IMG/VR virus record: IMGVR_UViG_3300036884_000676
Reading direction: 5' to 3' (one strand)
Origin: a virus
Taxonomy: Duplodnaviria > Heunggongvirae > Uroviricota > Caudoviricetes
DNA: 64,000 nt
A program made the position numbers and the translations under genes. Below the pieces are notes generated by a model. The model saw only the letters and a program-made list of their open reading frames with translations. It was not told the origin of the DNA and searched no databases. This document shows, one piece after another, positions 1 to 9,029 of this stretch (position 1 is the stretch's first letter; each line of letters starts with the position of its first letter).

Positions 1-7
1 TTTTGAT

Positions 8-352
8 ATGTTCTTTGACGATGAATTAAATTATAAATTAGAACATAATGGATTACCGGGTATTCAGAACGCTATTGAATCATCTGGTATGGAAAGGACA
101 TTCGCTGCCCTTGTTTTGAAAGTCGTTCTAAGGACAATTAACTTCAGATCTAAACCAGCATTCATTTTCTTAGATGAAGTGATAAATAGATTATATGGAG
201 AATCTGTTGATAAGTTCGTTGAACTATTAAATGTTATTAAGGAAAAAATTGATAAGATCGTAATCATTGAACACAATAATGAAATCATGGCTGATATGAT
301 TATTGATGTGAAAAAGGATAAAAACGGAATTTCAAGTTTTGAAATAATTTAA
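8..352 (+). CDS. C-terminal end of an SbcC/Rad50/T4 gp46-like recombination ATPase; frame is open to the window edge
   Basis: ABC signature-like SSGMERTF, Walker B IFLDE, H-loop IIEH. Confidence 0.8.
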   Translation: MFFDDELNYKLEHNGLPGIQNAIESSGMERTFAALVLKVVLRTINFRSKPAFIFLDEVINRLYGESVDKFVELLNVIKEKIDKIVIIEHNNEIMADMIIDVKKDKNGISSFEII

Positions 353-358
353 TATATA
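350..358 (+). promoter_or_regulatory. Recurrent TAATATATA motif, putative phage late promoter. Other copies: + 9013-9021 and 63981-63989; - 8699-8707, 21480-21488, 35297-35305, 45890-45898, 46582-46590, 54440-54448, 61786-61794; palindromic copy 57917-57930
   Basis: Same 9-mer found roughly 5-55 nt upstream of many starts; resembles the T4 late promoter TATAAATA. Confidence 0.6.
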
Positions 359-382
359 CAATAGAAAACAATAAATTATTTT

Positions 383-1132
383 ATGAAAAATTTTTGGTAC
401 AGACTCAGATTTTTATGGTTCGCTTATTTGACGAATTATTTTTATCAAGATCATTATCTATTAGGAACGACTAATCCAACACTTCTTGATGAAAAATTTC
501 CTGATAATAAATATACTTACACTTGGGATAGACCGAGTTGGTCAACTTGGAATAATATAATTTTTAAAAATTCTCAGGTTAAACTCATTAATAATGAAGT
601 TATCATGACAACAGATCATAATAATGTCCCAAATGAGCCAGCCATTATGAGTGGGGAAATAACCTCTGCTAATTTCTTAAATAGAACATATGGATATTAT
701 GAAGTAAATATGAAGCCTTGTGGATCATGGGATGCTACATGGCTTTTTCAGAGTGCTAATATTCCAGTAGGTATGGAACATTTTGAGATTGATTTCTCAG
801 AATTCGAATGTGATACAGATAGTGCTTTTACTTGTACGATTTGGACTTATGGTATAGACGGAAAAGGAATAAATGGTAAAACCTCAGAAATAATAGCATC
901 AAAGCGTTTTCAAGCAAAAAAGAATCTAACAAATAACTATCATATCTTTGGTTGTGATTGGCAATCGGGATATGTCGCTATTTATTTGGATAATAAATTA
1001 CTTTGGAAATATACTGGAAAAAAGATACCTAATACAAATATGTTTTTATGGGCTAATAACTCATATAAAGGTGGATCATTACCATCCTCTAATAGTACAA
1101 GAGCATTAAGAGTTAGTGAAAATAAATATTAA
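383..1132 (+). CDS. Glycoside hydrolase family 16-like protein
   Basis: EIDFSE catalytic ExDxxE motif, TYGYYEV, W.A.WL and YHIFGCDW segments. Confidence 0.75.
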   Translation: MKNFWYRLRFLWFAYLTNYFYQDHYLLGTTNPTLLDEKFPDNKYTYTWDRPSWSTWNNIIFKNSQVKLINNEVIMTTDHNNVPNEPAIMSGEITSANFLNRTYGYYEVNMKPCGSWDATWLFQSANIPVGMEHFEIDFSEFECDTDSAFTCTIWTYGIDGKGINGKTSEIIASKRFQAKKNLTNNYHIFGCDWQSGYVAIYLDNKLLWKYTGKKIPNTNMFLWANNSYKGGSLPSSNSTRALRVSENKY

Positions 1133-1328
1133 AATGAAAGATTTACTTACTAAAATTAATGAAGCTGCCAACTATATAGCTAAACATGAAAGGACAACAG
1201 GAGCCAATTATGTTGTGGTAAGTCCTAAGGTAGCTGATGCTTTTGAAGAAATCAAAATCATTCAAGATGCAAAAAATATCAATCAGGAAAGGTTCGAAAA
1301 ATTAAAGAAAATATTAGATGAAGATTGA
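1116..1328 (+). CDS. Hypothetical protein (likely start 1134) with C-terminal RxxKLKKIL motif
   Basis: ORF in co-oriented, overlapping gene string. Confidence 0.55.
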   Translation: MKINIKMKDLLTKINEAANYIAKHERTTGANYVVVSPKVADAFEEIKIIQDAKNINQERFEKLKKILDED

Positions 1329-1614
1329 TATAACATACAATCCATATGAAACTGGAAGTACATTAGTTAAAGTAGCACCTGATTTTCAAATCATTTCTAC
1401 ATTACAGAGAACGAATATCCAAGATCTATTGAAAGTTTATGATATGGATATTGTGAAAGAACTTGGAAGTATATTATCAGATGAACTTTCTAAAACAATT
1501 GATAAACAAATTATCAAAAATATGTTCGAAGAAACTTTAGAGGAAAGAAAGAAAAATATATGGAGAAAAATAGTATTGGGAAGAATTTTGGATGAACCCC
1601 CAAACATTCCATAA
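1318..1614 (+). CDS. Hypothetical protein with C-terminal RKIVLGRIL motif
   Basis: ORF overlapping upstream gene. Confidence 0.55.
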   Translation: MKIDITYNPYETGSTLVKVAPDFQIISTLQRTNIQDLLKVYDMDIVKELGSILSDELSKTIDKQIIKNMFEETLEERKKNIWRKIVLGRILDEPPNIP

Positions 1615-1677
1615 ATGGAAAAATCAAACATTTGGTTTTTTTATATATAGAATACATAGTAAAAAAGGCCGATATTC

Positions 1678-2154
1678 ATGAAGTTGATTCATAAAGATAT
1701 TATAAATGAGAGAGAAATTAATCATTATGATGAAGATTATTCATTTTCAAACAATGAATTAAGAGAATCTGAAAAAAATTTTTTTCAAATTTTCGAATTT
1801 AATCCATCTCCCATGTCTATTAATGACATAGATACTAATTTAATTATAGATGTCAATCGAGCCTTTGTAAAAATCATGGAAGTGGATTCTAAAAATGATT
1901 TGATAGGTAAAAATACAACAGAAAAGGAAGGATTAAATTTTCTTAAAGAAAAAGATAAATCATTTTTCTTCTCAGAATTAAAAAAGAATGGTATATTTGA
2001 AAATTATATTTTTTCTTTTAAAACAAAATCTGGAAAAAAACTAAAAGGCGTAGTTTCAGGGACTATTATTGAATTAAATAAAAAAAATTATTTATTAACT
2101 GTTTGTCAAATAATTAGTTCAAGATGTCTTATGAGATTTTTTAATTTATTATGA
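1678..2154 (+). CDS. Stand-alone PAS-domain protein
   Basis: LRESEKNFFQIFEFNPSPMSI...IIDVNRAF...DLIGKN...G.FENY...KTKSGK is a typical PAS S-box pattern; no kinase module. Confidence 0.75.
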   Translation: MKLIHKDIINEREINHYDEDYSFSNNELRESEKNFFQIFEFNPSPMSINDIDTNLIIDVNRAFVKIMEVDSKNDLIGKNTTEKEGLNFLKEKDKSFFFSELKKNGIFENYIFSFKTKSGKKLKGVVSGTIIELNKKNYLLTVCQIISSRCLMRFFNLL

Positions 2155-2504
2155 TGGAAAGTATTCACGATTCAAGAAAATATAACAATGTAAATATTAC
2201 TCCAAAGAAAAGTATAGAGCCGAGGAAGAATATTGATCAGCAAATTAGATTGAAAACAAGAACAGGGGAAGAACCACAAGTTCACCTGAGTATTCATGAT
2301 TCAAGAAAAAAAGGTGTTGAAACTTGGCCTTTTTCTAAAAGATTAATTTTGTTTTATCAAAATAATAGAAAAATCATCAAATGGTCATTTAGAGTTTGTG
2401 TTATTTTGATCATTGTATTGTTTCCTGTATGGTCAGGAACATTGATCGGTAATTGGATAAAGGATTTTATCGGATCAATTATACATATTGTTAAAACGAT
2501 TTAA
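2151..2504 (+). CDS. Hypothetical membrane protein; SIHDSRK occurs twice
   Basis: C-terminal hydrophobic helix; ATGA-type overlap. Confidence 0.55.
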   Translation: MMESIHDSRKYNNVNITPKKSIEPRKNIDQQIRLKTRTGEEPQVHLSIHDSRKKGVETWPFSKRLILFYQNNRKIIKWSFRVCVILIIVLFPVWSGTLIGNWIKDFIGSIIHIVKTI

Positions 2505-2742
2505 AATGATGAAAATTACTATGTCTACTACCAATAAGGGAGAAAGAAATAGACTTACCCAAATAAAATTTAAAAGAAGATTAAAAAGACTGAGAATTTT
2601 GGATAAGAGTGGTCAACCACAAGAAAATCAATATTGCTATAAAAGTCAAGGAAAACCATGTAGCTGCCGATTATGTTCCCCAGAGAAATATAAAAGAAAT
2701 ATTAAACATAAAGTAAGATATGACCGAGAAGAAGAAAAATGA
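2488..2742 (+). CDS. Basic hypothetical protein with PCSCxxC motif
   Basis: ORF with Cys cluster. Confidence 0.55.
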   Translation: MLKRFKMMKITMSTTNKGERNRLTQIKFKRRLKRLRILDKSGQPQENQYCYKSQGKPCSCRLCSPEKYKRNIKHKVRYDREEEK

Positions 2743-3022
2743 ATTAAATAGGGATTTCTATGTTAGTGAAATCGGTGTTTTAGATTGGTTATATGATGAA
2801 AATAAATTCCAGAAAATACGATTAGATCGTGCTGGTTGTTATCATTATAAATATAATAATCAATTACATAGAGTACAGGGACCAGCCATCGAATATTTTA
2901 ATGGTACTGGCAACCAATTTTACTTATTTGGTAAAAAGGTATCTTGGGAAGAACACACGAATAAAAAAAGAGATACTAATATAGATATATGTTTAATTCC
3001 ACCACCTACTCCAATTATTTAG
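2720..3022 (+). CDS. H(R/N)xxGPA-motif protein, related to the 5023-6765 array
   Basis: LHRVQGPAIEY...FYLFG. Confidence 0.65.
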   Translation: MTEKKKNELNRDFYVSEIGVLDWLYDENKFQKIRLDRAGCYHYKYNNQLHRVQGPAIEYFNGTGNQFYLFGKKVSWEEHTNKKRDTNIDICLIPPPTPII

Positions 3023-4451
3023 TTTTCTTTTCTTTCTCTTTGTGCCTTTCGTTATTAACCATCTTTTGAATAAATTGAGCTTTATTCCTGAAAACTCTCA
3101 CAATAAATTTATGTCTATCCTGATTTTTAGGGACCATAGTATCAACTAAGTGAATCAGATAGTTGGTAATTTCATCATCATTTGAATGTGATTTCATCGA
3201 ATCGGTTTCAGATACTACTTCCCATATTTCTTTATCATTTTCTTTGGTACTATTTGGGAACACCCCCGTATTTTTCTGTTTACAATGATAAGTATAACCA
3301 GAGTAGTAGACCATATCATCTATTTCATATTCCCATTCTTCAATCCATTCTGAACACATGGATTTAAGGAACTTAACGATATTTTCAATATGTATTTTCT
3401 CTAAAGTTTCAAGAGGAATAGCTTTCAAATTATTCATAAGTTCAGTTGTACGAGCCCTATTGAATGTAATAACATCCTCTTTTACTTCATCCCATCTTTC
3501 ATAAATATCTTTTATACTGACCTGAACAGTATCATTACAGTATCTTACAAATTCTTGAAGTGAAGATCCTACACATCCAGTTCCAACTGTTTGAAAATTG
3601 ATAGAAGAAACAACAGTAGCTAAATCTGGATTCTTTCCAAAGACAGTTAAGACATAATCAGAAAGATGTGTCCAACTACGAGCGGTAGCATATTGAAGAG
3701 TACCATCGGCGGGTGGTTTATAAATTTCGTCAGGATGACTAACGATATAATCCACTAACACATCCCAACAATGTTCTCTTGCGTATTCTCTTGCCCATTC
3801 ATCAGCTGTTAATTCGTGTTCGAGGATAATAAGACGATTTGAAAGAGCTAAATCCATTTCTTCGACTTCTGTTTTATCCATTTCACCGTAATTACCACTA
3901 GCCATCCAAAAAACATTCTTATTGAATTGAAAATTACTTCCAATTCTTTTTTCATTTAACAACTGGAGAGCTGCGTTACGAACCCTGATATCACAACGGT
4001 TTAATTCTTCGACATGAATAATAGATGGTGTAGTATTTGCTTTTATTGCCCAATCTGGGACAGCGAAACTTAAACTATCAATGTCATCTGAATTCAATAC
4101 GATCAGATATTTCTTTTTTACTTTTTCAAATTCATCTGGAGTAATTAGTCCAGCCTGAACTAATTGACTAAATCTGAGAATCTGTTCAAGTACATTTTTT
4201 AAAACTGGATAACTTCCTAAATCAGTTTCATCCTTATCAGATAATCGAAGATCAATATATTGAATTCCTAAATGTCTTTCTTTTTGAGGATCTTCATCAT
4301 CCCACCATATAATTTTTCGACATATTGCTTCTCCCATGGCTGATTTAGCTGATCCGGGAATACCCTGAAGGTATAATACTAATCCAGATCGCATTATATC
4401 GAAATACATTAATTGTAAAGGGGATAAATTAGATAGATCAAATTTTATCAT
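3015..4451 (-). CDS. MoxR-like AAA+ ATPase with two inserted modules
   Basis: Walker A GIPGSAKS, Walker B IHVEELNR, ASGN sensor, ALSNR arginine finger, TARSW. Confidence 0.85.
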   Translation of the reverse strand: MIKFDLSNLSPLQLMYFDIMRSGLVLYLQGIPGSAKSAMGEAICRKIIWWDDEDPQKERHLGIQYIDLRLSDKDETDLGSYPVLKNVLEQILRFSQLVQAGLITPDEFEKVKKKYLIVLNSDDIDSLSFAVPDWAIKANTTPSIIHVEELNRCDIRVRNAALQLLNEKRIGSNFQFNKNVFWMASGNYGEMDKTEVEEMDLALSNRLIILEHELTADEWAREYAREHCWDVLVDYIVSHPDEIYKPPADGTLQYATARSWTHLSDYVLTVFGKNPDLATVVSSINFQTVGTGCVGSSLQEFVRYCNDTVQVSIKDIYERWDEVKEDVITFNRARTTELMNNLKAIPLETLEKIHIENIVKFLKSMCSEWIEEWEYEIDDMVYYSGYTYHCKQKNTGVFPNSTKENDKEIWEVVSETDSMKSHSNDDEITNYLIHLVDTMVPKNQDRHKFIVRVFRNKAQFIQKMVNNERHKEKEKKTK

Positions 4452-4514
4452 AGTATATTTAGATATTAAGTTTATTGTGTTGTTAATATAATAAAAGGAA
4501 TTGTAAATAAAAAA

Positions 4515-5039
4515 TTATTCGGAGATTAATTGATCAAGAAGTTTCCACATATCTTCATATTCCCCAGCAACATAAAGCATTTCTTTGAAATGTTGATGTT
4601 CCTTTCTATACATATTTATAATTGTTTTCCTGTTAAGAATTCCTTGATTTACATTGGCTATTCTATCACACAATTTTATAAAGGTGGCATATTTGGTATT
4701 TCTTATCTTTCTGTAATATTCATCACTCATTCTTTCTTTACGAGTGCCCTCTCCAGTTGTTACAGCTTTTACAATCATAGCCACCCTTAGATTTGTTATT
4801 TTAACAAGATCTGCAAAACTACAAATATCTTTACAATCTTCGAGAGTATCGTGCTCCCAAGCTACAGCAAAAATATCATCCCTATCATCCTCTGGAATAT
4901 GATGTTGAAAAGTGAGTGCCATATCTTTTACCAGTTGAAGATGATATTCATAATCTTTATCATTATCATATTTATGATTTATCTTCTGGTGACATTCTAT
5001 AGCATGTTTCTTAGCTATTTCTTCAATCGTCTGTTTCAT
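4515..5039 (-). CDS. HD-domain hydrolase of RelA/SpoT-hydrolase (Mesh1-like) type
   Basis: YEYHL, WEHDTLED, IKLCDRIAN. Confidence 0.75.
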   Translation of the reverse strand: MKQTIEEIAKKHAIECHQKINHKYDNDKDYEYHLQLVKDMALTFQHHIPEDDRDDIFAVAWEHDTLEDCKDICSFADLVKITNLRVAMIVKAVTTGEGTRKERMSDEYYRKIRNTKYATFIKLCDRIANVNQGILNRKTIINMYRKEHQHFKEMLYVAGEYEDMWKLLDQLISE

Positions 5040-5364
5040 CGTCTAAAATACTTTTTAAAATTCTTTTTCTTAATTCATTTATATATTCTTCTTCTGTTTT
5101 ATACTTATCACCATCCAAATATAAAGCACCTTCCCCATTGAGATATATAATAGCCGGTCCATGTTCATTGTGCATTTTATATTTTTTTGTATAGATAATA
5201 AAATGACCGCCCTTTTTAACTTTCATTGATAATTTGAAATCTGGTTTTTTTAAAAATTCAAAATTTTCTTTTATAAATTTTTTCCATTCACCATGTTCAT
5301 CATCATTTATTTCAATAACGACATATTCAATATCATTCTCTATTTCAATACTGTAAGGTTTCAT
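5023..5364 (-). CDS. HNExGPA-family paralog 1
   Basis: MHNEHGPAII...LYLDG...EEEY...RKRILKSIL. Confidence 0.7.
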   Translation of the reverse strand: MKPYSIEIENDIEYVVIEINDDEHGEWKKFIKENFEFLKKPDFKLSMKVKKGGHFIIYTKKYKMHNEHGPAIIYLNGEGALYLDGDKYKTEEEYINELRKRILKSILDDETDD

Positions 5365-5713
5365 CCAATCTTATCTTTCTTAGCTCATTTTTAAATTCTT
5401 CTTCTTCACTATATTGTTCACCATTTAGATAGAAACTATTAAGAGTTTGCTCCCAAGTAAGAATATGACTTCTATTTCCAGTATTACTGGTATGATGAAT
5501 TTTAATTTTCATGAGGGCTCTACCATATTCATTATGAATCTTTCCATCTTTGAATACCATTTCCTTAATGAGTTTATCATTCTCGAATTTCCTAATAATC
5601 GTATATTGATGCGATTTTGTATACTCAATTAATGATGAACCTTTAATTTCTTGATCATAAACTTCAATTACATGGTATTCTATATCATTATATATTTCTT
5701 TGTATTCTTTCAT
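5345..5713 (-). CDS. HNExGPA-family paralog 2
   Basis: IHNEYGRA...FYLNG...RKIRLDETL. Confidence 0.7.
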   Translation of the reverse strand: MKEYKEIYNDIEYHVIEVYDQEIKGSSLIEYTKSHQYTIIRKFENDKLIKEMVFKDGKIHNEYGRALMKIKIHHTSNTGNRSHILTWEQTLNSFYLNGEQYSEEEEFKNELRKIRLDETLQY

Positions 5714-6048
5714 TATGATAAAATATCTTTTAATTTTTTATCCCTATCGTAATTAGTAAATTCTTCTTCACTTAAAGCATTTCCTTCGATATGATATAAT
5801 CCACCTTTTATTCCTTCATATTCACCATGAATAGATTGTCCATATTCATTATGGTATTTTCCATCCTTACCATAAGCAACAAAGTTATTTTTATTTTGTT
5901 TAAAAAATACATTCTTTCCAATCAATTTAACATACTTGTGTTTTTTAATAAATTCATCAAAAAAAGTTGGATTATCATCGAGATCTGTTTGTTCAAACTC
6001 GACTACATTATATTCGATTCCATTTTCTATTTCAATATATTCTTTCAT
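5713..6048 (-). CDS. HNExGPA-family paralog 3
   Basis: YHNEYGQS...YHIEG...RDKKLKDIL. Confidence 0.7.
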   Translation of the reverse strand: MKEYIEIENGIEYNVVEFEQTDLDDNPTFFDEFIKKHKYVKLIGKNVFFKQNKNNFVAYGKDGKYHNEYGQSIHGEYEGIKGGLYHIEGNALSEEEFTNYDRDKKLKDILS

Positions 6049-6413
6049 ATTAATATTTCATCAAGTCTGATTTTTCTTATTTCGTTTTTATATTCTTCTG
6101 TTTTTAGTTCCCTGTTATGATCCTTAAAAATTCCAAAGTAATAATATCTTTCACCATTCAACCACCAAGCTTTATAGAAATATTCTATAACAGCTGGCCC
6201 ACATTCATTATGTCTTTTCCCGTCCTTAAAAATTTCTATTCGGTGAAGTTTATCATCTTTATCAAGTTTTCTGACGATACAATTCATAAATCTCCTATGA
6301 TGTAATAAGGGTTTTACTACCTTTTCAACAAAATCATAAATATACAATTCATTCTTCCTAAGTTCAAAGACACTATATTCAATTCCATTATATGTCTCTT
6401 TGTATTCTTTCAT
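6045..6413 (-). CDS. HNExGPA-family paralog 4
   Basis: RHNECGPAV...WWLNG...RKIRLDEIL. Confidence 0.7.
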   Translation of the reverse strand: MKEYKETYNGIEYSVFELRKNELYIYDFVEKVVKPLLHHRRFMNCIVRKLDKDDKLHRIEIFKDGKRHNECGPAVIEYFYKAWWLNGERYYYFGIFKDHNRELKTEEYKNEIRKIRLDEILI

Positions 6414-6765
6414 TTAATGTCTCTTTCAATATTTTACTTCTCTTGTAATTTATTACATATTCCGTCCAGTTATTACCAGTATATTTTATTTTCTTACCAT
6501 CTAAATAGTATTCTCTGATCACATCAGATACGAGAATTCTTTCAATCGCTGGTTCGAATTCGTTATGAAATTTACCATCTTTGAAATACATGGTTTCATT
6601 AATCTTAGCTCCATCTGTCCTTGTAAATGTTGTCTTTACTTTTGAATATTCCTTATCTTTTACAAAAATTCTCCATTCTCTTTTCATTTGAGTATGAGAG
6701 AGTTTTTTATTATCCAAAATTAAAACTTCATATCTAATATCATTATATATTTCCTTAGATTTCAT
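6388..6765 (-). CDS. HNExGPA-family paralog 5
   Basis: FHNEFEPAI...YYLDG...RSKILKETL. Confidence 0.7.
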   Translation of the reverse strand: MKSKEIYNDIRYEVLILDNKKLSHTQMKREWRIFVKDKEYSKVKTTFTRTDGAKINETMYFKDGKFHNEFEPAIERILVSDVIREYYLDGKKIKYTGNNWTEYVINYKRSKILKETLNERIQRDI

Positions 6766-8090
6766 ATATCTTCTTCAGCTGGTAAATCATCTTGAATAAC
6801 AATCTGTTTAGGTGAACCTGCTATAATACCACATTCCTTTCCTATGGAAAGAATTAATGTTTTCTTTAATTTAGACACATCCAAATTATCAGTAAAACCA
6901 TCAGTAAGAATTACGGTATTCAATTGATTGATTTGACTACATCCTACTATAAAATCAATAGCTGGTTGGAGTGTTGTTCCACCACCACCTACTAATTGTA
7001 TCTTCTTAAATTCCCTTTTATTGTTAATAACGGTATAATCTCTTTTCCCCTGTCTTTTTACCTCTACATCACATTGAATCAGATTAATTTTAATTTTATT
7101 TTGAAAAATATAAGACAATACTCTTTGAAAATAACCACCCATTGAACCAGACACATCAAGTATAACATTTAATCCAAATCCGATTTTGAATCTACCTTTG
7201 ATTCCTTCTATTGATCGTCTGTTTCTTTTCGAAATACTTTTTTCTTTATTATATCCTCTTATAGATGATATAGCTGTTTTAATATCTCTCAGGTAATCTT
7301 TTCTTGATTTCTGTAATTTTTCCAAGGTTATTTTTATGTTAGCCTTTTCCAAACCACGACTTCTGAGATATCTTTGAACTCTACCAACTACTTCTTTTTT
7401 AAAATCATCAGATAGATCACAAGGTAAATGATTATCTAACCAATTTTTAATACCATCATCCATTCCATCAAAGACCTTCTTCAAATAATCACTTACTGGA
7501 CAATCCCCAGATTTTCCTTCCTTCCCACTACCTTGTCCTTGACAACTTCCACCTTTTTTCCATTCATTATATTTTCTCTTTTCCTGTTTTAACCATTCAT
7601 AAAGATCCTCGAATACATGCTGACCCTTATATTCCTTTGGCATCATAAGAACCCAAACATCATCAATTGTTTTATCTAAATAGCTAACCTTTTCCGTAGG
7701 AAGTTCGAGAAAATCTTTTGATGGTTTTGTAGTATCAATTAAATCGGAATAAATGGCTTGATTTATACACATATCCTGAGCTATATTACTCATTTCATGA
7801 TTGTATCCACCTCTACGGGTTCTTTTTGGATGATCAAACAATAAATGGAAAATTTCGTGAATGACAATGAAATTAATGTGCTTCTGAGGGGTAGAGTTGA
7901 CGAATTCTCTATTCCAATAACACACCATTCCATGAGTGTTCACAGTAACACCAATTCTTTCAACATGCTTTGATTCCTCGAAATTTATAAATTGACAAAA
8001 TTCACCATAGTAATAGAGCAATAATACCATATCACTCATCATTTCGTCAATACACTTAACTATTTTCGGATGTAGATTACTTCTATTCAT
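6762..8090 (-). CDS. Metallopeptidase-like (HExxH) plus VWA-like domain protein, usual partner of MoxR ATPases
   Basis: IHEIFH...NIAQDMCIN; MIDAS DVSGS; GGGGTTL; ILTDG. Confidence 0.85.
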   Translation of the reverse strand: MNRSNLHPKIVKCIDEMMSDMVLLLYYYGEFCQFINFEESKHVERIGVTVNTHGMVCYWNREFVNSTPQKHINFIVIHEIFHLLFDHPKRTRRGGYNHEMSNIAQDMCINQAIYSDLIDTTKPSKDFLELPTEKVSYLDKTIDDVWVLMMPKEYKGQHVFEDLYEWLKQEKRKYNEWKKGGSCQGQGSGKEGKSGDCPVSDYLKKVFDGMDDGIKNWLDNHLPCDLSDDFKKEVVGRVQRYLRSRGLEKANIKITLEKLQKSRKDYLRDIKTAISSIRGYNKEKSISKRNRRSIEGIKGRFKIGFGLNVILDVSGSMGGYFQRVLSYIFQNKIKINLIQCDVEVKRQGKRDYTVINNKREFKKIQLVGGGGTTLQPAIDFIVGCSQINQLNTVILTDGFTDNLDVSKLKKTLILSIGKECGIIAGSPKQIVIQDDLPAEEDI

Positions 8091-8119
8091 ATAAACTAAT
8101 ATAAGTAAAAATAATCAAA

Positions 8120-8677
8120 CTAAAAAATTATTCTGGAAGAAATTTTATTATAAATATCCAATGATATACCTTTATCAATGTGTACTTTTATTTTCATTTC
8201 TTCTCTCATGGATTTCTTAGGAGATTTAAAGGTTTTATCAAAATCTTCTGGATTTCTTTTCCCTATTTTTTTATTTAAATCTTTAAGTCTTTCGATTTCA
8301 AATTTATTAATAGTTCTTATCCTATTAGAGTATAAAGTTTTCAATGAATCTAATGCTTCTTCTTTATTACCAAATATCCATTGAAGAACATCCAAATTCT
8401 TTACCTCGACATCTGTTGATTTAACCTTGTAAAGAATTAATACACCTGTTCTGTTTATTGAATATTTCCTTCCTCTTATAGTAAAATTAATAAAATCCCC
8501 ATTCTTGGTAATATCCTTAACTTGATTTTCACCAATCATTTGTTTTATATAATCAATAAGGTTTGGTAAGGATTGATCTTTGGAAAAAACAATTCCGAGT
8601 TGTTGGTTAACAACCGAGTCGTAATAATGTTCTAAAATAGGAAAGCTATAATCATAGAAGTCCAACAAGAATTCCAT
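8120..8677 (-). CDS. Hypothetical protein
   Basis: 185-aa ORF after a TAATATATA motif. Confidence 0.6.
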   Translation of the reverse strand: MEFLLDFYDYSFPILEHYYDSVVNQQLGIVFSKDQSLPNLIDYIKQMIGENQVKDITKNGDFINFTIRGRKYSINRTGVLILYKVKSTDVEVKNLDVLQWIFGNKEEALDSLKTLYSNRIRTINKFEIERLKDLNKKIGKRNPEDFDKTFKSPKKSMREEMKIKVHIDKGISLDIYNKISSRIIF

Positions 8678-8725
8678 TCCATTTGATATATTTTTAGGTA
8701 TATATTAAAAATAAAAAAACAAAAA

Positions 8726-8943
8726 CTGTTATCTCATAGCCGCGATTCTGTTTCTACTCTTACATTTGTCTAATGCCTTTCGACATTCCCCGAAGGGTGC
8801 CCCAACCCGACCTCATAGGAAAACCGACATCCTCAGTCTGTTTGGGTTGCTACTTCCGCGGTTCAAACGACCTTACGGTCTCCCTCGTTAGGTTTTGTAG
8901 TCGCGAACTTCCTCTGGTTTCCCAGCGTAAGATCGAACAACAG
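8726..8943 (-). ncRNA. rnpB: Minimal (~218 nt) RNase P RNA
   Basis: GAGGAAGUUCGCGA and ACAGAAUCGCGGCU form a compensated P4; P1, P2, P3, P5, P6 and P15 with the L15 GGU are all identifiable by pairing. Confidence 0.88.
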
Positions 8944-8966
8944 TTTTTGTTCTAAGTTACAAAGTT

Positions 8967-8974
8967 ACAAAAGT
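8967..8974 (-). promoter_or_regulatory. Bacteroidota-type -7 element TAnnTTTG upstream of rnpB. Other copies: + 10835-10842, 21513-21520, 26346-26353, 30116-30123, 33556-33563, 40589-40596; - 45932-45939, 48821-48828
   Basis: Nine exact matches to the Bacteroidota primary-sigma -7 consensus, all intergenic and at operon starts. Confidence 0.75.
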
Positions 8975-9029
8975 ACAAATTATAATCTTACCAAAAAAAT
9001 CAATTGTCTTTTTAATATATATTAGTACT

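Noticed and set aside
3015-4451. Inteins in the MoxR ATPase
   Set aside because: The inserts are under 50 aa and lack Cys/Ser starts and His-Asn ends.
8773-8955. 60-aa ORF on the + strand
   Set aside because: Antisense to the RNase P RNA.
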